The notes beneath the pieces are model-generated. The model was not told the DNA's origin. It made no database searches and worked only from the letters and a program-made list of their open reading frames with translations. Both the position numbers and the translations under genes were made by a program. A DNA stretch of 63,907 bases, filler included, from Octopus bimaculoides (Eukaryota): assembly GCF_001194135.2 (NCBI RefSeq). It is 4 parts of 4 records of this genome, joined end to end, with 100 filler letters (N's around TTAATTAATTAA, not from the genome) between each part and the next. Parts side by side here need not be neighbours in the genome. Positions count along the whole stretch, not along the records: positions 12,215 to 38,354 come from NC_068992.1; positions 38,455 to 62,340 come from NC_068983.1; 2 more parts are not named here. The stretch is one strand, 5' to 3'. Within the stretch, counting starts at the first letter, position 1. Each line of letters opens with the position of its first letter. Positions 28,026 to 41,071 of this stretch are shown here, piece after piece.

Positions 28026-28059
<34 letters not shown>

Positions 28060-28202
28060 GTTCAGTAGTTTTATTTTTATAACGTGCTTTCACTTCACTA
28101 CCGAGCTGGGATTTTTCTCTGTCTATTTCTTTCGCATTTAGTTTAGCCCAGTATTTACCATGTAGGGGCTTTTCTTGCCATCGTTTTATCATGGTCCGTT
28201 GC

Positions 28203-28245
<43 letters not shown>

Positions 28246-29209
28246 CATTATCATCATCATTATTATTATCTGTATTTTTCTATCTGTCTCCTACATATTA
28301 CCGATAAAACTGGTTTGCAATTTAATAAGACAAAATCATAGTACTCAAGAATGATAAGAAATAAAATATAATTTCAAATCTAAATGAATATAAAGTGAAA
28401 TTGTAATTGAACGCAATTCGAAAATCCAGAATACATGCAGGATCTTCGTTTTCCCTTCATCTCCTAGTATACAGTGCTTTATTTCTAAGATACAATGATT
28501 GGTGATCGTTTCAGGCTGTACAGAAATTTCTAAATTGTTAGAAGAAACTCTAAATTGGTGGTTCTCAGCCGTTTCTTTTCTTTTTTTTTATCTATGGATT
28601 CCTTTGTTTAAAAACTATTCTATGTTTAGAAACTAATTTTATAGATACTTCTTTCAACCTGTAAAGGCTGACCTATATAAAATGTTAGAGAAAGAAACCT
28701 CGGAATATAATATGCATTTAAATCAGAACTTTCATGCATCATTAAAATATTGCTTTTTGCTGATGTGTCTCTCCATTGTTCTAAATAAATTCAGCAGAAA
28801 ATAAACGACAGCTGATTCTGTTATTTGTTAAACATACACAAATATCTTTTTACTGAAATATTGGGACATCCATCCATCCATCCATCCATCCATATATGCA
28901 TACATACATGCAAGCATATAGGGACACATACTTATACTTATAGACATACAGACGTGAAATAGTCAACTGGAGTGCGTATCTGGGGACTGTACCTCCGAGA
29001 TCCCCACAGAAATAGTAGGCCATGTCGATGGAGGGAAGGATGAAGAGAAGCTCTGTAACTCTAAAGAACTGATTTGTTCTTCAAGAATCGTAAGCTTAAC
29101 TCGTTTTGCTGTTTACCATCAAAACCTGGATCATGGCTGCATTTAGCAGAATCCATTTTAATGCTAGCATTCCTGTAATGTTTCTTTTTAAGGGTTCCTT
29201 GATTGGTAT

Positions 29210-29830
29210 GATTGACCGTTTCTAGAAGGGGAGGATGGAAACGTCATCACACCGCCGGGGTCATTTACTCCCTATGGAGGTCCCTCCCATGCCACTGCGC
29301 TATCTCCCCGAAGACGAAGCTCCGCATCTACAACGCATCGGTCCTATCCATTCTCCTCTATGGAGCAGAAACGTGCCCTCTCTCGAAGAAGATCGACGTC
29401 TTCGATAGCAGAGCCCTGAGAACCACCAAGAACACCACATGGTACCATCATGTTTCCAACAAACAACTGCGTGCTCGCATGCATTTGCCTTCCACCTCAT
29501 AGCAATCCGTTGTATGCGCTGGTACGGACATATCCTTCGTCACCCGCTGGACCATCCTATCAGGGCTTTACTTTCATTTGATGTGGCAGCTGTGAGCTAG
29601 GAGAGGCCCCGTGGTAGGCCCAGTACCAAATGGCTGGAGGTGACGGGAGAAGATTTCCAGAGGCTCAACGTCACCTTGGAGGATGCAGAGAAATTGGCAC
29701 ATGACTGCCAGCGATGAAGAGCACACGTGGACTTGGTCGGCTCTGCGTATGATGATGTCTCTGGAACCACTAACCTGGGATGATCCCCAGCCCCATCAAA
29801 CAAGAGCATGAAGCAAGCAAGGAAACAAGC
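29210..29830 (+). mobile_element. RTE-clade LINE 3' end
   Basis: TKLRIYNASVLSILLYGAETCPL, WYGHILR and RPRGRPSTKW, followed by a short (CAAG)n-like tail. Confidence 0.85.
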
Positions 29831-30304
29831 TAGCAAGCATAATTTGCATGAAAATTCTGTGAAGATAACTTCAGCCCTTTATTCATAGCAATCATGGAAT
29901 CCCTAAAGAAACACATACTTACTGCCATTTCTCCTTTCCTTAAACCAGAAAATAGTTACATTTCATAAACATTGCATTTTCTATTCATCTAATGTAATAT
30001 TTAAAGAGATATAAGTGCCTTTTCTACTACATTTCCTTTTACGCCTCTACTTTAAAATGTACCCTTAGTCTGAGAACTTTATGACGCATAGCATACCACT
30101 TACTCCCTTATATCTAGAATAGACAGCCATCATTTCATGTCAACGTACTTTGTATAATGCTCTTTAATAAATAAATAAATGCATAAGATCACCTTCAATT
30201 TGTGTTGCACCAAAGAGCTGCACAAGTTGAGGAGGTAGTGTGTTTTTTATTCATTTGTTATATGTATGTTTTTTTTTACAGTAAAATCAATACTTCTTAA
30301 CATA

Positions 30305-30850
30305 TGCATCACTTTTATCATTCTCATCACCATCATGGCCATCATCGATGGTGTTGTTATCACGACGACCATCGTCATCACCATTGTCAGCACCAGTACC
30401 ACCATTAACGTCGTCGTCGTAGTTGTCGTTGTCATCATCATCATCATCATCATCATCACCGTCGTCGTCGTCGCCGTCGTCGNNNNNNNNNNCATCATCA
30501 TCATCATCATCACCGTCGTCGTCGTCGCCGTCGTCGTCGCCGTCGTCGTCGTCGTCATCATGATCATTATCGTTGTCTTCGACGTCGTCATCATCACCAT
30601 CGCCGTGGTCGTCACCATCATCACCATCATCATCATCATCATCAACAACATCATCATCATCAACATCTTCATCATCACTATCATCATCATCATCAACAAC
30701 ATCATCATCATCATCATCTTCATCATCACCATCATCATCATCATCATCGACATCATCATCATCATCATCATCTTCGCCGCCGCCGCCATCTCACCACCAA
30801 CACCATCACCAGCAACGCCGCCGACACCACCACCACCACCACCACCACCA
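30305..30850. repeat. Compound (ATC)n/(GTC)n/(ACC)n trinucleotide repeat
   Basis: Mixed trinucleotide tract next to an assembly gap. Confidence 0.95.
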
Positions 30851-31543
30851 NNNNNNNNNNNNNNNNNNNNNNNNNNNNNNNNNNNNNNNNNNNNNNNNNN
30901 NNNNNNNNNNNNNNNNNNNNNNNNNNNNNNNNNNNNNNNNNNNNNNNNNNNNNNNNNNNNNNNNNNNNNNNNNNNNNNNNNNNNNNNNNNNNNNNNNNNN
31001 NNNNNNNNNNNNNNNNNNNNNNNNNNNNNNNNNNNNNNNNNNNNNNNNNNNNNNNNNNNNNNNNNNNNNNNNNNNNNNNNNNNNNNNNNNNNNNNNNNNN
31101 NNNNNNNNNNNNNNNNNNNNNNNNNNNNNNNNNNNNNNNNNNNNNNNNNNNNNNNNNNNNNNNNNNNNNNNNNNNNNNNNNNNNNNNNNNNNNNNNNNNN
31201 NNNNNNNNNNNNNNNNNNNNNNNNNNNNNNNNNNNNNNNNNNNNNNNNNNNNNNNNNNNNNNNNNNNNNNNNNNNNNNNNNNNNNNNNNNNNNNNNNNNN
31301 NNNNNNNNNNNNNNNNNNNNNNNNNNNNNNNNNNNNNNNNNNNNNNNNNNNNNNNNNNNNNNNNNNNNNNNNNNNNNNNNNNNNNNNNNNNNNNNNNNNN
31401 NNNNNNNNNNNNNNNNNNNNNNNNNNNNNNNNNNNNNNNNNNNNNNNNNNNNNNNNNNNNNNNNNNNNNNNNNNNNNNNNNNNNNNNNNNNNNNNNNNNN
31501 NNNNNNNNNNNNNNNNNNNNNNNNNNNNNNNNNNNNNNNNNNN

Positions 31544-31589
<46 letters not shown>

Positions 31590-32879
31590 GTATGAAAGTG
31601 TATATAGATATATATGTTTATGTAACCGTTATGCATGAAGTTTTATGTGTATGCATGAATAGAGACATACGCACACACGCACACGCATATACACTCACAC
31701 GTAACTGATCAGAACAACCAAAAGATTATGATATCTTTTCAATAAAAACTACTCCGTACATGCTTCAATAGCATGTTTTAATCCTCAGATATGCGGTTGT
31801 TATTATTTGTGCTACAAATATCTCACGTGTTTACGATGGTTGTGTTTTTCAGTTTTTATTTGTACTAAATCGGAAAGAAAAGTGGGATAAAAACAAAGAG
31901 CCTTCGTATATTGTAGCATGTGTTTTGTGCTTATGATATGCACTCTCTAAATTCTTGAACTTACATGGGTTCCATTTCTTTAACGACAAGGTACCATTAA
32001 TGTCATTAGTTTTGTCATTCTCGTTGTCGTCATCGCTGTCGTCATCAGTATAATCGTCACTACTACCACCAGCACTACTACCACTGTTGCCATGCCACCG
32101 CTACCGCTGCCGCTACCGCCGCTTCCACCGCTGCCGCTTGCGCCTCTACCGCTTGCGCCGCTAGCGCCGCTGCCGCCGCTGCCGCCGATTAACGCCGCTG
32201 TGACCGTCAGTATAGCCGCTGCTGCCGCCGCTCCCGTTGCAGTCGTCGAGTTTTCAATCGTTATTTTGATGTATTCCTAGTCTGTCAGATGTTAGCATAT
32301 GCAATGTGTGATATTGCTTCTCTGTATATACATCTCTACCGCACTGTGTTTCTTTTTCTCTCTTGTATAATCTTACCTTTAAAATTCAGTAATCTCAACC
32401 TTCTTCCGCTCTTTTCCCTGTTGACATATTTGGTTTTCTTCCTGTTACGGTTTCATATCTATTTCAACAAATCTGAACCCATTTTACCCAGCATATACCG
32501 TCTACTAATGTAGATTAACCAACAGCATGAAATAGATTTCGTATCGTCTGCCTCAGTTAATTAAAGACATATAATATTAATTTTATTATACTATCCTATG
32601 TTTATTAACGACAGCTCTATATATCTTTGCTGTGGTTATATCGTTGATACGCTGATCTCGCGCCAGCCTGTTTTATATGCTATCTTAGATGAACGAATGA
32701 CTTATGCAAATGTTATTGCAGAACGATGCTCATGTTTTTCTTAAATTTACATGACGCTGAAATAACAAGAATTTCAGTAAGGCTCAGGTAAATAGTAGAA
32801 CAGACGTCTGCACGCTTCTTCTATCGATCATTCGCTTCATGGAATCGTTGTTAACTTATCGACTCCGTTCTGTTATCTT

Positions 32880-33290
32880 TTATCATCTACTTGTTTCAGT
32901 TATTAGACTGCGGCCATGCTAGGTTAAGGAGTTGAAGAATTTTAGTCGAATGAATCAATCCCAGTATTTATTTATTTTTGAAGCCTGGTACGTATGCTAT
33001 CGGTCTCTTCTGTCGAATCACCAGACTACGGGGACATAAATACACCAATATCGGTCGCCAAGCCATGGTGTGGGCAAACCAAAACACACACGCGTGAAAA
33101 CATGCACACATAGACACAGACACACACACACGCATATACACACGCACATACACACAGATGTATGACAGGCTTCTGTCCGTTTCCGTCCAAATCCACTCAA
33201 CGAAGGCTTTGGTCGGCCCGCAATGGGACTGAACTCAAAACCATCTGGTTGAAAAGCAAGTTTCTTACTATACAGCCACGCCTGCGTCTA
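32880..33290 (-). mobile_element. SINE copy (same family as 1-351)
   Basis: Reverse-complement match to the 1-351 family. Confidence 0.8.
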
Positions 33291-34023
33291 TATGTAGTTA
33301 TCTTTAAAAAATTAAATATGTATAATTAATAAAAAACAAATCTTGATTTCAAAACAATAATTCCTTCATTTTGTTTCATTACCGCTTTGAAAAACCAAAT
33401 ATTTCAGGAAATTTAATGAAAATACTTAAAGAATAATAAATTTTCATTTAAATTATATTAGTATAGTCTGAATATTTAATGTGAAATACGTGTTTGGTTG
33501 ATACTACTTAATGCTTCGATATTTGACTGGAAATTGTAAATTAGAGTAAATTCAAAATTTTCAGACAACTGAAACCACTCTACCGTAAATGGGTAATAAA
33601 TGTAAATTAGTATTGACTATCTTCAGTACGAAGTCTTCATTAAAAGTGTGTACCTGTTCTTAATTGTCTTGTCAATCGGCCAGTTGGCGTTGCATGTTTA
33701 CTAGATGTTTGCCAAAGATGTAATATATATGAAGGCAGGATGAATTTCAATATTGTATTTAAGACAGACCTTTTTACATCGAATCTTATCGTGAAGAAAT
33801 GAGTCGCAAAGAAATCAGCATTCTTAATGCCCAAAATTATTTCAGGAGTTTACAAACCTCTTGGATAGCCATAAAAAACCCCAGAGGGTCAGTACTGACC
33901 ACTTCTCCAATCCGCGTTGTAGACTTAGTGCGTTGCTCAGTTTAACATCAACTTATATTTGGTTGCCTTCAGGGGAGTCCACTCTTTTGCAAAAAAAGCG
34001 CCATTTGTGCTCTAGTAAATATT

Positions 34024-34447
34024 CTTTTGTACTTTAGGCACAAGGCCCGAAATTTTTGGGGAGGGGGCCAGTCGATTAGCTCGACCCCATTACGCAACTG
34101 GTACTTAATTTATCGACCGCAAAAGGATGAAAGGCAAAGTAAACCTCGGCGGAATTTGAACTCAGAACGTAAAGACAGACGAAATACTGCTAAGCATTTC
34201 GCCTGGTGTGCTAACGTTTCTTATTTCTCATTTCTTTACTGCTACACAGGGGACAAACAAGTACAGACAAACGGATGAAGTCGATTATATCGACCCCAAT
34301 GCATAACTGGTACTTATTTAATCGACTCCGAAAGGATGAAAGGCAAAGTCGACCTCGGCGGAATATGAACTCAGAACGTAGCGGCAGACGAAACACCGCT
34401 AAGCATCTCGCCCGGCTTGCAAACGTTTCTGCCAGCTCGCCGCCTTG
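34024..34447 (-). mobile_element. Full-length dimeric tRNA-derived SINE with 15-bp target-site duplication
   Basis: Two related monomers; gctctagtaaatatt is present at both 34009-34023 and 34448-34462. Confidence 0.88.
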
Positions 34448-34995
34448 GCTCTAGTAAATATTGACAATATCTTGGTAAATGATTGCTGTATGTTTCAAGA
34501 ATTTCTCCTGATCTATATAGAATTTCAGCTTTTCAAGGAGATATTGCAGATTCAGACGTAAATACATGAAAGATAGAATAAGAAATATTTGGGAAAAATA
34601 ATTCAATGTATTCAATGCAAGCTAAATGCAAGTTGAAATAAGAGAGTCTGAAACAATATTTATACAAGAAATTTAAAGAAATTCCATAAGATATACCATT
34701 CCTTCAGTCACTAAAAGAAATGTAATTTTCCCCAAATACAAATATCAAAAGAAAAATTACTTGGAATCAAACACTAAAAACAAAACAAAAAAAAACACGA
34801 CAAAAGAAACACAAATCAAGAAATAAGAAATATAAGGAATATATATATATATATANNNNNNNNNNNNNNNNNNNNNNNNNNNNNNNNNNNNNNNNNNNNN
34901 NNNNNNNNNNNNNNNNNNNNNNNNNNNNNNNNNNNNNNNNNNNNNNNNNNNNNNNNNNNNNNNNNNNNNNNNNNNNNNNNATATATGTATGTATA

Positions 34996-35028
<33 letters not shown>

Positions 35029-35065
35029 GGATACGTATCTATCTTTTTATCTATCTATCTATCTT

Positions 35066-35122
<57 letters not shown>

Positions 35123-35786
35123 ATTTATGTATATATGTGTGATTTCTAGGCTTGTTTACGTATGTGTTTGTAAGGAGTAGACGTACCAGCAGTATTGTTC
35201 ATAAGTGAAAACATATTCCTCATTGTTTTCATTTCCGCTACCAATAAACAAACTACATCCTTTACAGAAAGCTGTTTTCTTCGTTTTTCTTGTAGCTTTA
35301 AATAAAGCAAACAGCTTCAGGTGAGACATTAACAAAGGAAACTACAAATACACACACACATAAACACGCAGACACATATGTGTGCGTGTGTGTATTTGTG
35401 TGTGTATGTGTATATATATCTACCGTTGAGTTAAATGTTTTTAAGAGATAAATTTTGAAAAGCTGCATTCCCTCGCTTTCGGTAAATATGTTGCTTATTT
35501 TTGGTAGTTTTTTTTACTTATTTAGTCCCTCGATAGCGTGAGGCATTGATACACAGTTAATGCCCTTTATATATAATTAAATATATCTATGAAGAAACGA
35601 TGAATTTTTTCATTACGAAATTTTTTGTTATTTTTTCATTATGAGGTTTTTTCACGCTGACTACTTGATAAATTCTTATAAAGAATTTATCCTATATTAT
35701 ATTATATATATATATATGTGTATGTATATTCATATGTGCGTGTGTGTGTATGTATATATATGTTCCCATATATATATATGTGTGTG

Positions 35787-35871
<85 letters not shown>

Positions 35872-36236
35872 CTGTGTGTGTGTGTGTCTGTGTGTGTGTA
35901 TGTGTGTATATATATATATATACGTAACCATTCTCTTTCTGTGCTTCACTCTTCTCTTACCCGCGCTCTTTCAGCTTCTCATATAAACATATAGGGATGA
36001 GTAGGTTTTGTCATTTGAAGTTAAATAGACACTATTATTTCTAGTAGTTCGAATGACTATGTTCTCGTTCTGTTATTCTCTAATTTTCCTTACGGGAATG
36101 TTTAAATTGCTATCAACCAAGCACTACAATTAAGTCGTCCAATATTTTTTACTTTATAGAAATTGAGTAATGTGCCCACTTTAGATATTATTATCGTCAC
36201 CGTTAACCTCATCAGGTTGTTTATGGTCATCAGGTC

Positions 36237-36372
36237 ATCTTCTTCTTCTTCTTCTTCTTCTTCTTCTTCTTCTTCTTCTTCTTCTTCTTCTTCTTCTTCT
36301 TCTTCTTCTTCTTCTTCTTCTTCTTCTTCTTCTTCTTCTTCTTCTTCTTCTTCTTCTTCTTCTTCTTCTTCT
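36237..36372. repeat. (TCT)n microsatellite
   Basis: Perfect run of about 45 units. Confidence 0.98.
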
Positions 36373-37484
36373 CATTGGCATTATCATTCGAGGTCGACTT
36401 TTCCTTTCGCTATTTTCTGGTCGTTGAAATAAAGTACCAGTTGCGTACTGGTTTCGATGTCATCCACTAACCTCTCCTATTATAATTTGTAGTTATAAAA
36501 GGCGCTAGGCTGGTTGAATCGTTAGCGCATCCGAGAAAATGCCTGACAAAGTTTCTTCCGACTGTTTATTTCCAAAGTTCAGATCATCTTGAGGTTACTT
36601 TTAACTCTCATCCATTCGGGTCGATAACATATAGTACCAGTCATGTACAAGAAACTATGCAATCGACCAAGTCCATCCTCATAACATTGCTGGCCTGGTG
36701 TCAAAAGTAGCATTATTGATATTATTGTCGTTTGCGTGTTGCATGATACGCTTAGCGGTGTTTCTTTCAGGTTTCTACGTTCTAATTTCAAATACCAGTC
36801 GGGTCATTCTTGCTTTTATCCTTTCGGAATAAAAAAAATTAGTTCTGGCCAAATAATGAAATCGATGACGTCGATAAAAAGTCCTGCCTCTCAAAACTGT
36901 TACCTTTGTGCCTAAATTAAATCCCATTATTATTTAAATTTTAACTTATCTTCCTTGCCAAAAGAAAAGCTGTAGCACCCTCTCTGTCAAGTATGAAAAA
37001 TGAACGCAACAGCTCAGAAAACAGACTTAACATGAAAATTTAATTACACAGCAGGTTTCGCATGGAATCCGCGAGGAGAATCATTGATTCATATAAGAAC
37101 ACAACAGTAACTTCCACATTTCAAATAAGAAAGTTGTTAGCTATGTGCTACCATTCTACAATGGGATAATCTACGGTCAATTAAACTTTACTCCGATATC
37201 TCTAAGAAACATTCCTGACCGTTTGCTGACATATAAAAGCATCAATGATTTTATGTCAGCGTTTATCTCCAGTTTCATACAGCATGAAGTCAGTGATATG
37301 ACTTCTGTAGTTATTAGCCTTATGTCTTGGGTGATCTTATGATCTTAGTACAATAATTTCTGTCTGAATTATATATGGTGTTTTGTTGTAGGCAATGCAA
37401 GCTACTGCATAACCCCCTCATATATATATGTATATGTATGTGTATGTATATGCATATTTTATGCAAACATGTTTATATATGTAC

Positions 37485-37534
<50 letters not shown>

Positions 37535-38480
37535 ATACATATATANNNNNNNNNNNNNNNNNNNNNNNNNNNNNNNNNNNNNNNNNNNNNNNNNNNNNNN
37601 NNNNNNNNNNNNNNNNNNNNNNNNNNNNNNNNNNNNNNNNNNNNNNNNNNNNNNNNNNNNNNNNNNNNNNNNNNNNNNNNNNNNNNNNNNNNATATATAT
37701 ATACATATATATATACATATATATACTCACATACACACACAAATATACACAAAAGCACACACACCTAAGCAAGTCCAATCAAATGGCATATATATATATA
37801 TATATATGCATAATTATATGTATATATATGTACATATATATACATATATATATGTGTGTATATATATATATATATATGTATGTATGCAATATGCTTTTTT
37901 ATGTATGTGTCCATGTACTTATTCATATAATTATATTGTGGGATCAGATTTAAATTGCACAGCAAATAGTCAGTCCACTCATATACATACTTACGTAAAT
38001 AAAACATTCTTATAAATAACATGCAATAAAAACAAAATTCTTCCTGTATATATGATGCAAGAAAAAGCTTCTGTAATGCGAAATAATTCATACCATTATT
38101 CGACAGAATTGCAGTTAAGTAGATCAGTTGAAATACAATATCAGAAGTGAAATAGAGCATTTAGCAATACAATACCGTTAACGAAGATTAGCCATCATCC
38201 ACTAGAGATTATGAAAGGCAAATCATCACTTGTATCTCTTCCTTTCATTTGTTATCTCTGTCTCTCACTCTCTGTCCCTATTGTTTCTGTTCATGTTATC
38301 TGTTTAAGTAGACACTTGCTTTTCGTTTCTTCTTTGATAAGCATACGCATATATNNNNNNNNNNNNNNNNNNNNNNNNNNNNNNNNNNNNNNNNNNNNTT
38401 AATTAATTAANNNNNNNNNNNNNNNNNNNNNNNNNNNNNNNNNNNNNNNNNNNNTATATATATATATATATATGTATATG

Positions 38481-38523
<43 letters not shown>

Positions 38524-38554
38524 GTATGTATATATATATATGCATACATATATA

Positions 38555-38775
38555 TGTATAGACACCATTTCGAGCGTGGCCGTTTTCGTGCAGGTGACAC
38601 GTAAAAGCACCCACTACACTCTCTGAGTGGTTGGCGTTAGGAAGGGCATCCAGCTGTAGAAACTCTGCCAAATCAGACTGGAGCCTGGTGTTGCCATCCG
38701 GTTTCACCAGTCCTCAGTCAAATCGTCCAACCCATGCTAGCATGGAAAGCGGACGTTAAACGATGATGATGATGA
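38555..38775 (-). mobile_element. Short SINE-like repeat ending in (CAT)n
   Basis: agtggttggcgttaggaagggcatccagctgtagaaac...gcatggaaagcggacgttaaacgatgatgat; copies near 41490, 46620, 48880, 49940, 52040 and 53270. Orientation is uncertain. Confidence 0.7.
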
Positions 38776-39711
38776 TATATATATATATATGTATATGTAT
38801 GTATATATATATATGCATACATATATATGTATAGACACCATTTCGAGCGTGGCCGTTTTCGTGCAGGTGNNNNNNNNNNNNNNNNNNNNNNNNNNNNNNN
38901 NNNNNNNNNNNNNNNNNNNNNNNNNNNNNNNNNNNNNNNNNNNNNNNNNNNNNNNNNNNNNNNNNNNNNNNNNNNNNNNNNNNNNNNNNNNNNNNNNNNN
39001 NATGTTTGTGTGTCTGTGTTTGTCCCCCCATCTTCGCTTGACAACCAATGCTGGTGTGTTTACGTCCCCCGTAAGTTAGCGGTTCGGCAAAAAGAGACCG
39101 ATAGAATAAGTACTAGGCTTACAAAGAATAAGTCCTGGGGTTGATTTGCTCGACTAAAGGCGGTGCCCCAGCATGGCCACAGTCAAATGACTGAAACGAG
39201 TAAAAGAGTAAATACTTAAAGAATATTATTGTTTTATATTCATCCGACCTGAATTTTGCTATAAACTTTGACCTCTCGCCACCAATCAATCCTCAACCCA
39301 CCCTGTGACCACCACACTAATGATTCAACTATTCTTTCAACATAAAGATAATAATACAAATGTTATTCTTTGAACTCTTCATATTTGTTCTAGTATCAAA
39401 CAGATAAATCTCTACAAGGAAAGAATTTTTTTTCTCTGCTGGTTAGCATTAGGTTTATGTGTATGTGTGTGTGTGTAACAAGTAAAAGAATATATATATT
39501 TTATATTCTTTTATTCTTTTACTTGTTTCAGTCATTTGACTGTGGCCATGCTGGAGCACCGCCTTGAAGGGTTTTAGTTGAACAAATCAACCTCAGGATT
39601 TATTCTATCGGTCTCTTTTGCCAAACCGCTAAGTTATGGGGATGTAAACACACCAACACTGGTTGTCAAGTGTTAATGAGGGGACAAACCTAGACACAAA
39701 GACATACACAA

Positions 39712-39748
<37 letters not shown>

Positions 39749-39829
39749 ATCCGAACAAAGAAGAACAAACAAGAAAGGACGTGGTACAAGTACTGTATTA
39801 TCAGATGCTCAGGAAAGGAAGGAAAGAGG

Positions 39830-39864
39830 ATTTAATGTTTTGAGCCTTGCTCTTCTTCAGAAAT
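39830..39864 (-). pseudogene. Decayed minimal hammerhead (Penelope pLTR remnant)
   Basis: AUUU-CUGAAGA-A-GAGC(aag)GCUC-AAAA-CA-UU-AAAU; differs from an intact GAAACGUU by two CpG-type transitions. Confidence 0.55.
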
Positions 39865-40396
39865 GGAGGAAAGTCCAAGAGAAGAGAAGACGGAAGAAGA
39901 AAATCGCCAACTATACACACATGGTTACATTTTGGAATAACCGGAAGGGAATGGGTGAAGAAAAAGTTCTTTCTAAGACAGAAGAGTGCAAGAGAACGAG
40001 ATATGTGTATGTGTGGTTATATGTGTGTGTGTGTGTGTGTGTTTAATAATAGTATGTGTATGTGTGTGGTTTTGGCTGTTTAAATGTTTGTGTGTAATAA
40101 TAGCACGTGTATGTGTGTGAGTGTGTGTGTGAGTAAACTTTATGTCTCTTAATGTGGTAGGAAGAATTTGCAGTAGGAATTTTAGGTAGGAGTGGCTATC
40201 TTTTGTGTCTCCCTTCACATGTGCATGGGAGAATGGTCAGTAGAAAGGTGTTTAACTGGTAGTTTGAAGTATGTGTGTGTGCGTGTATGTATATGTATAC
40301 TTTGTGTGTTTTGTGTGCAGTATGTGTATGTGTGGAGTTGTATGTGGGCAATGTGTGTTACTCTGTGTGTGTGTGTGTATGTCCAGGTGAGCACAA

Positions 40397-41071
40397 GTGG
40401 GATCTTGTTCAAGACGGGGGCACCAGTATTTTCTTAACGAAACACTTTGAAACTTGGGACACTGGTAGAATGTGTCATATAAAACATCTTTTTCTCTTAG
40501 TCTTCTTAACAAAAAAACGTACATCGCAAGTTATTTCATGTTAAAGTTGTTATATTTCTGTAATTTCAACCAATGACTGACATCCATTCAGCCGTAAAAA
40601 TTAAGTGCTGACTACGTAAACAAACAATTCTCAAACGATTCTGGCGGTGATAAAATTATTATTTCCTTGTCAAAAAATGGCTGAGGCATATTGGCAGTAG
40701 CTAATAAACCTTTCTATTATAGGCACAAGGCCTGGTTTTTGAGGGAAGGAGCAACTCAGTTATGGTTAGGGAAAACGAACACACGTGTGTTGCCTCTCTG
40801 CAAAATGTCAGAAGTAATGGAGATTAAATACGCTTTACACCGCTTAAACTGCCAAAGGAGTAACTGTAAACAACTGAATACTTGTCAGTGATTGGTTGAA
40901 ATTATCGAAATAAGACAATTTTTTACATGAAATAAATTCAAATACAAAAATTATTTTCTGTTCTATAACACAAAATAGATAAGTATACGAAGTTTGAAAG
41001 TCTTTCGGTACCAAAAACACTACATAAAACATAAATGAAAACTGGTGCCCCCGTTTTGAACAAGATCCCAC
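40397..41071. mobile_element. Non-autonomous DNA transposon with about 31-bp terminal inverted repeats
   Basis: gtgggatcttgttcaagacgggggcaccagt at left and actggtgcccccgttttgaacaagatcccac at right; a SINE piece is inserted inside. Confidence 0.75.

Noticed and set aside
30193-30232. Imperfect 16-bp hairpin resembling a pre-miRNA
   Set aside because: The stem is too short and wobble-rich; expected by chance in 64 kb.
30247-30850. Poly-Met/Ile/Ser/His ORFs, and HT/CV/YI/ER/SL-repeat ORFs throughout the track
   Set aside because: Translations of microsatellites with no splice or homology support.
38455-38870. Near-identical direct repeat of a TA-rich tract plus SINE start (38455-38590 versus 38775-38869)
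   Set aside because: Bounded by gaps on both sides; probably an assembly overlap or simple tandem SINE. Not CRISPR-like, as there are no unique spacers.
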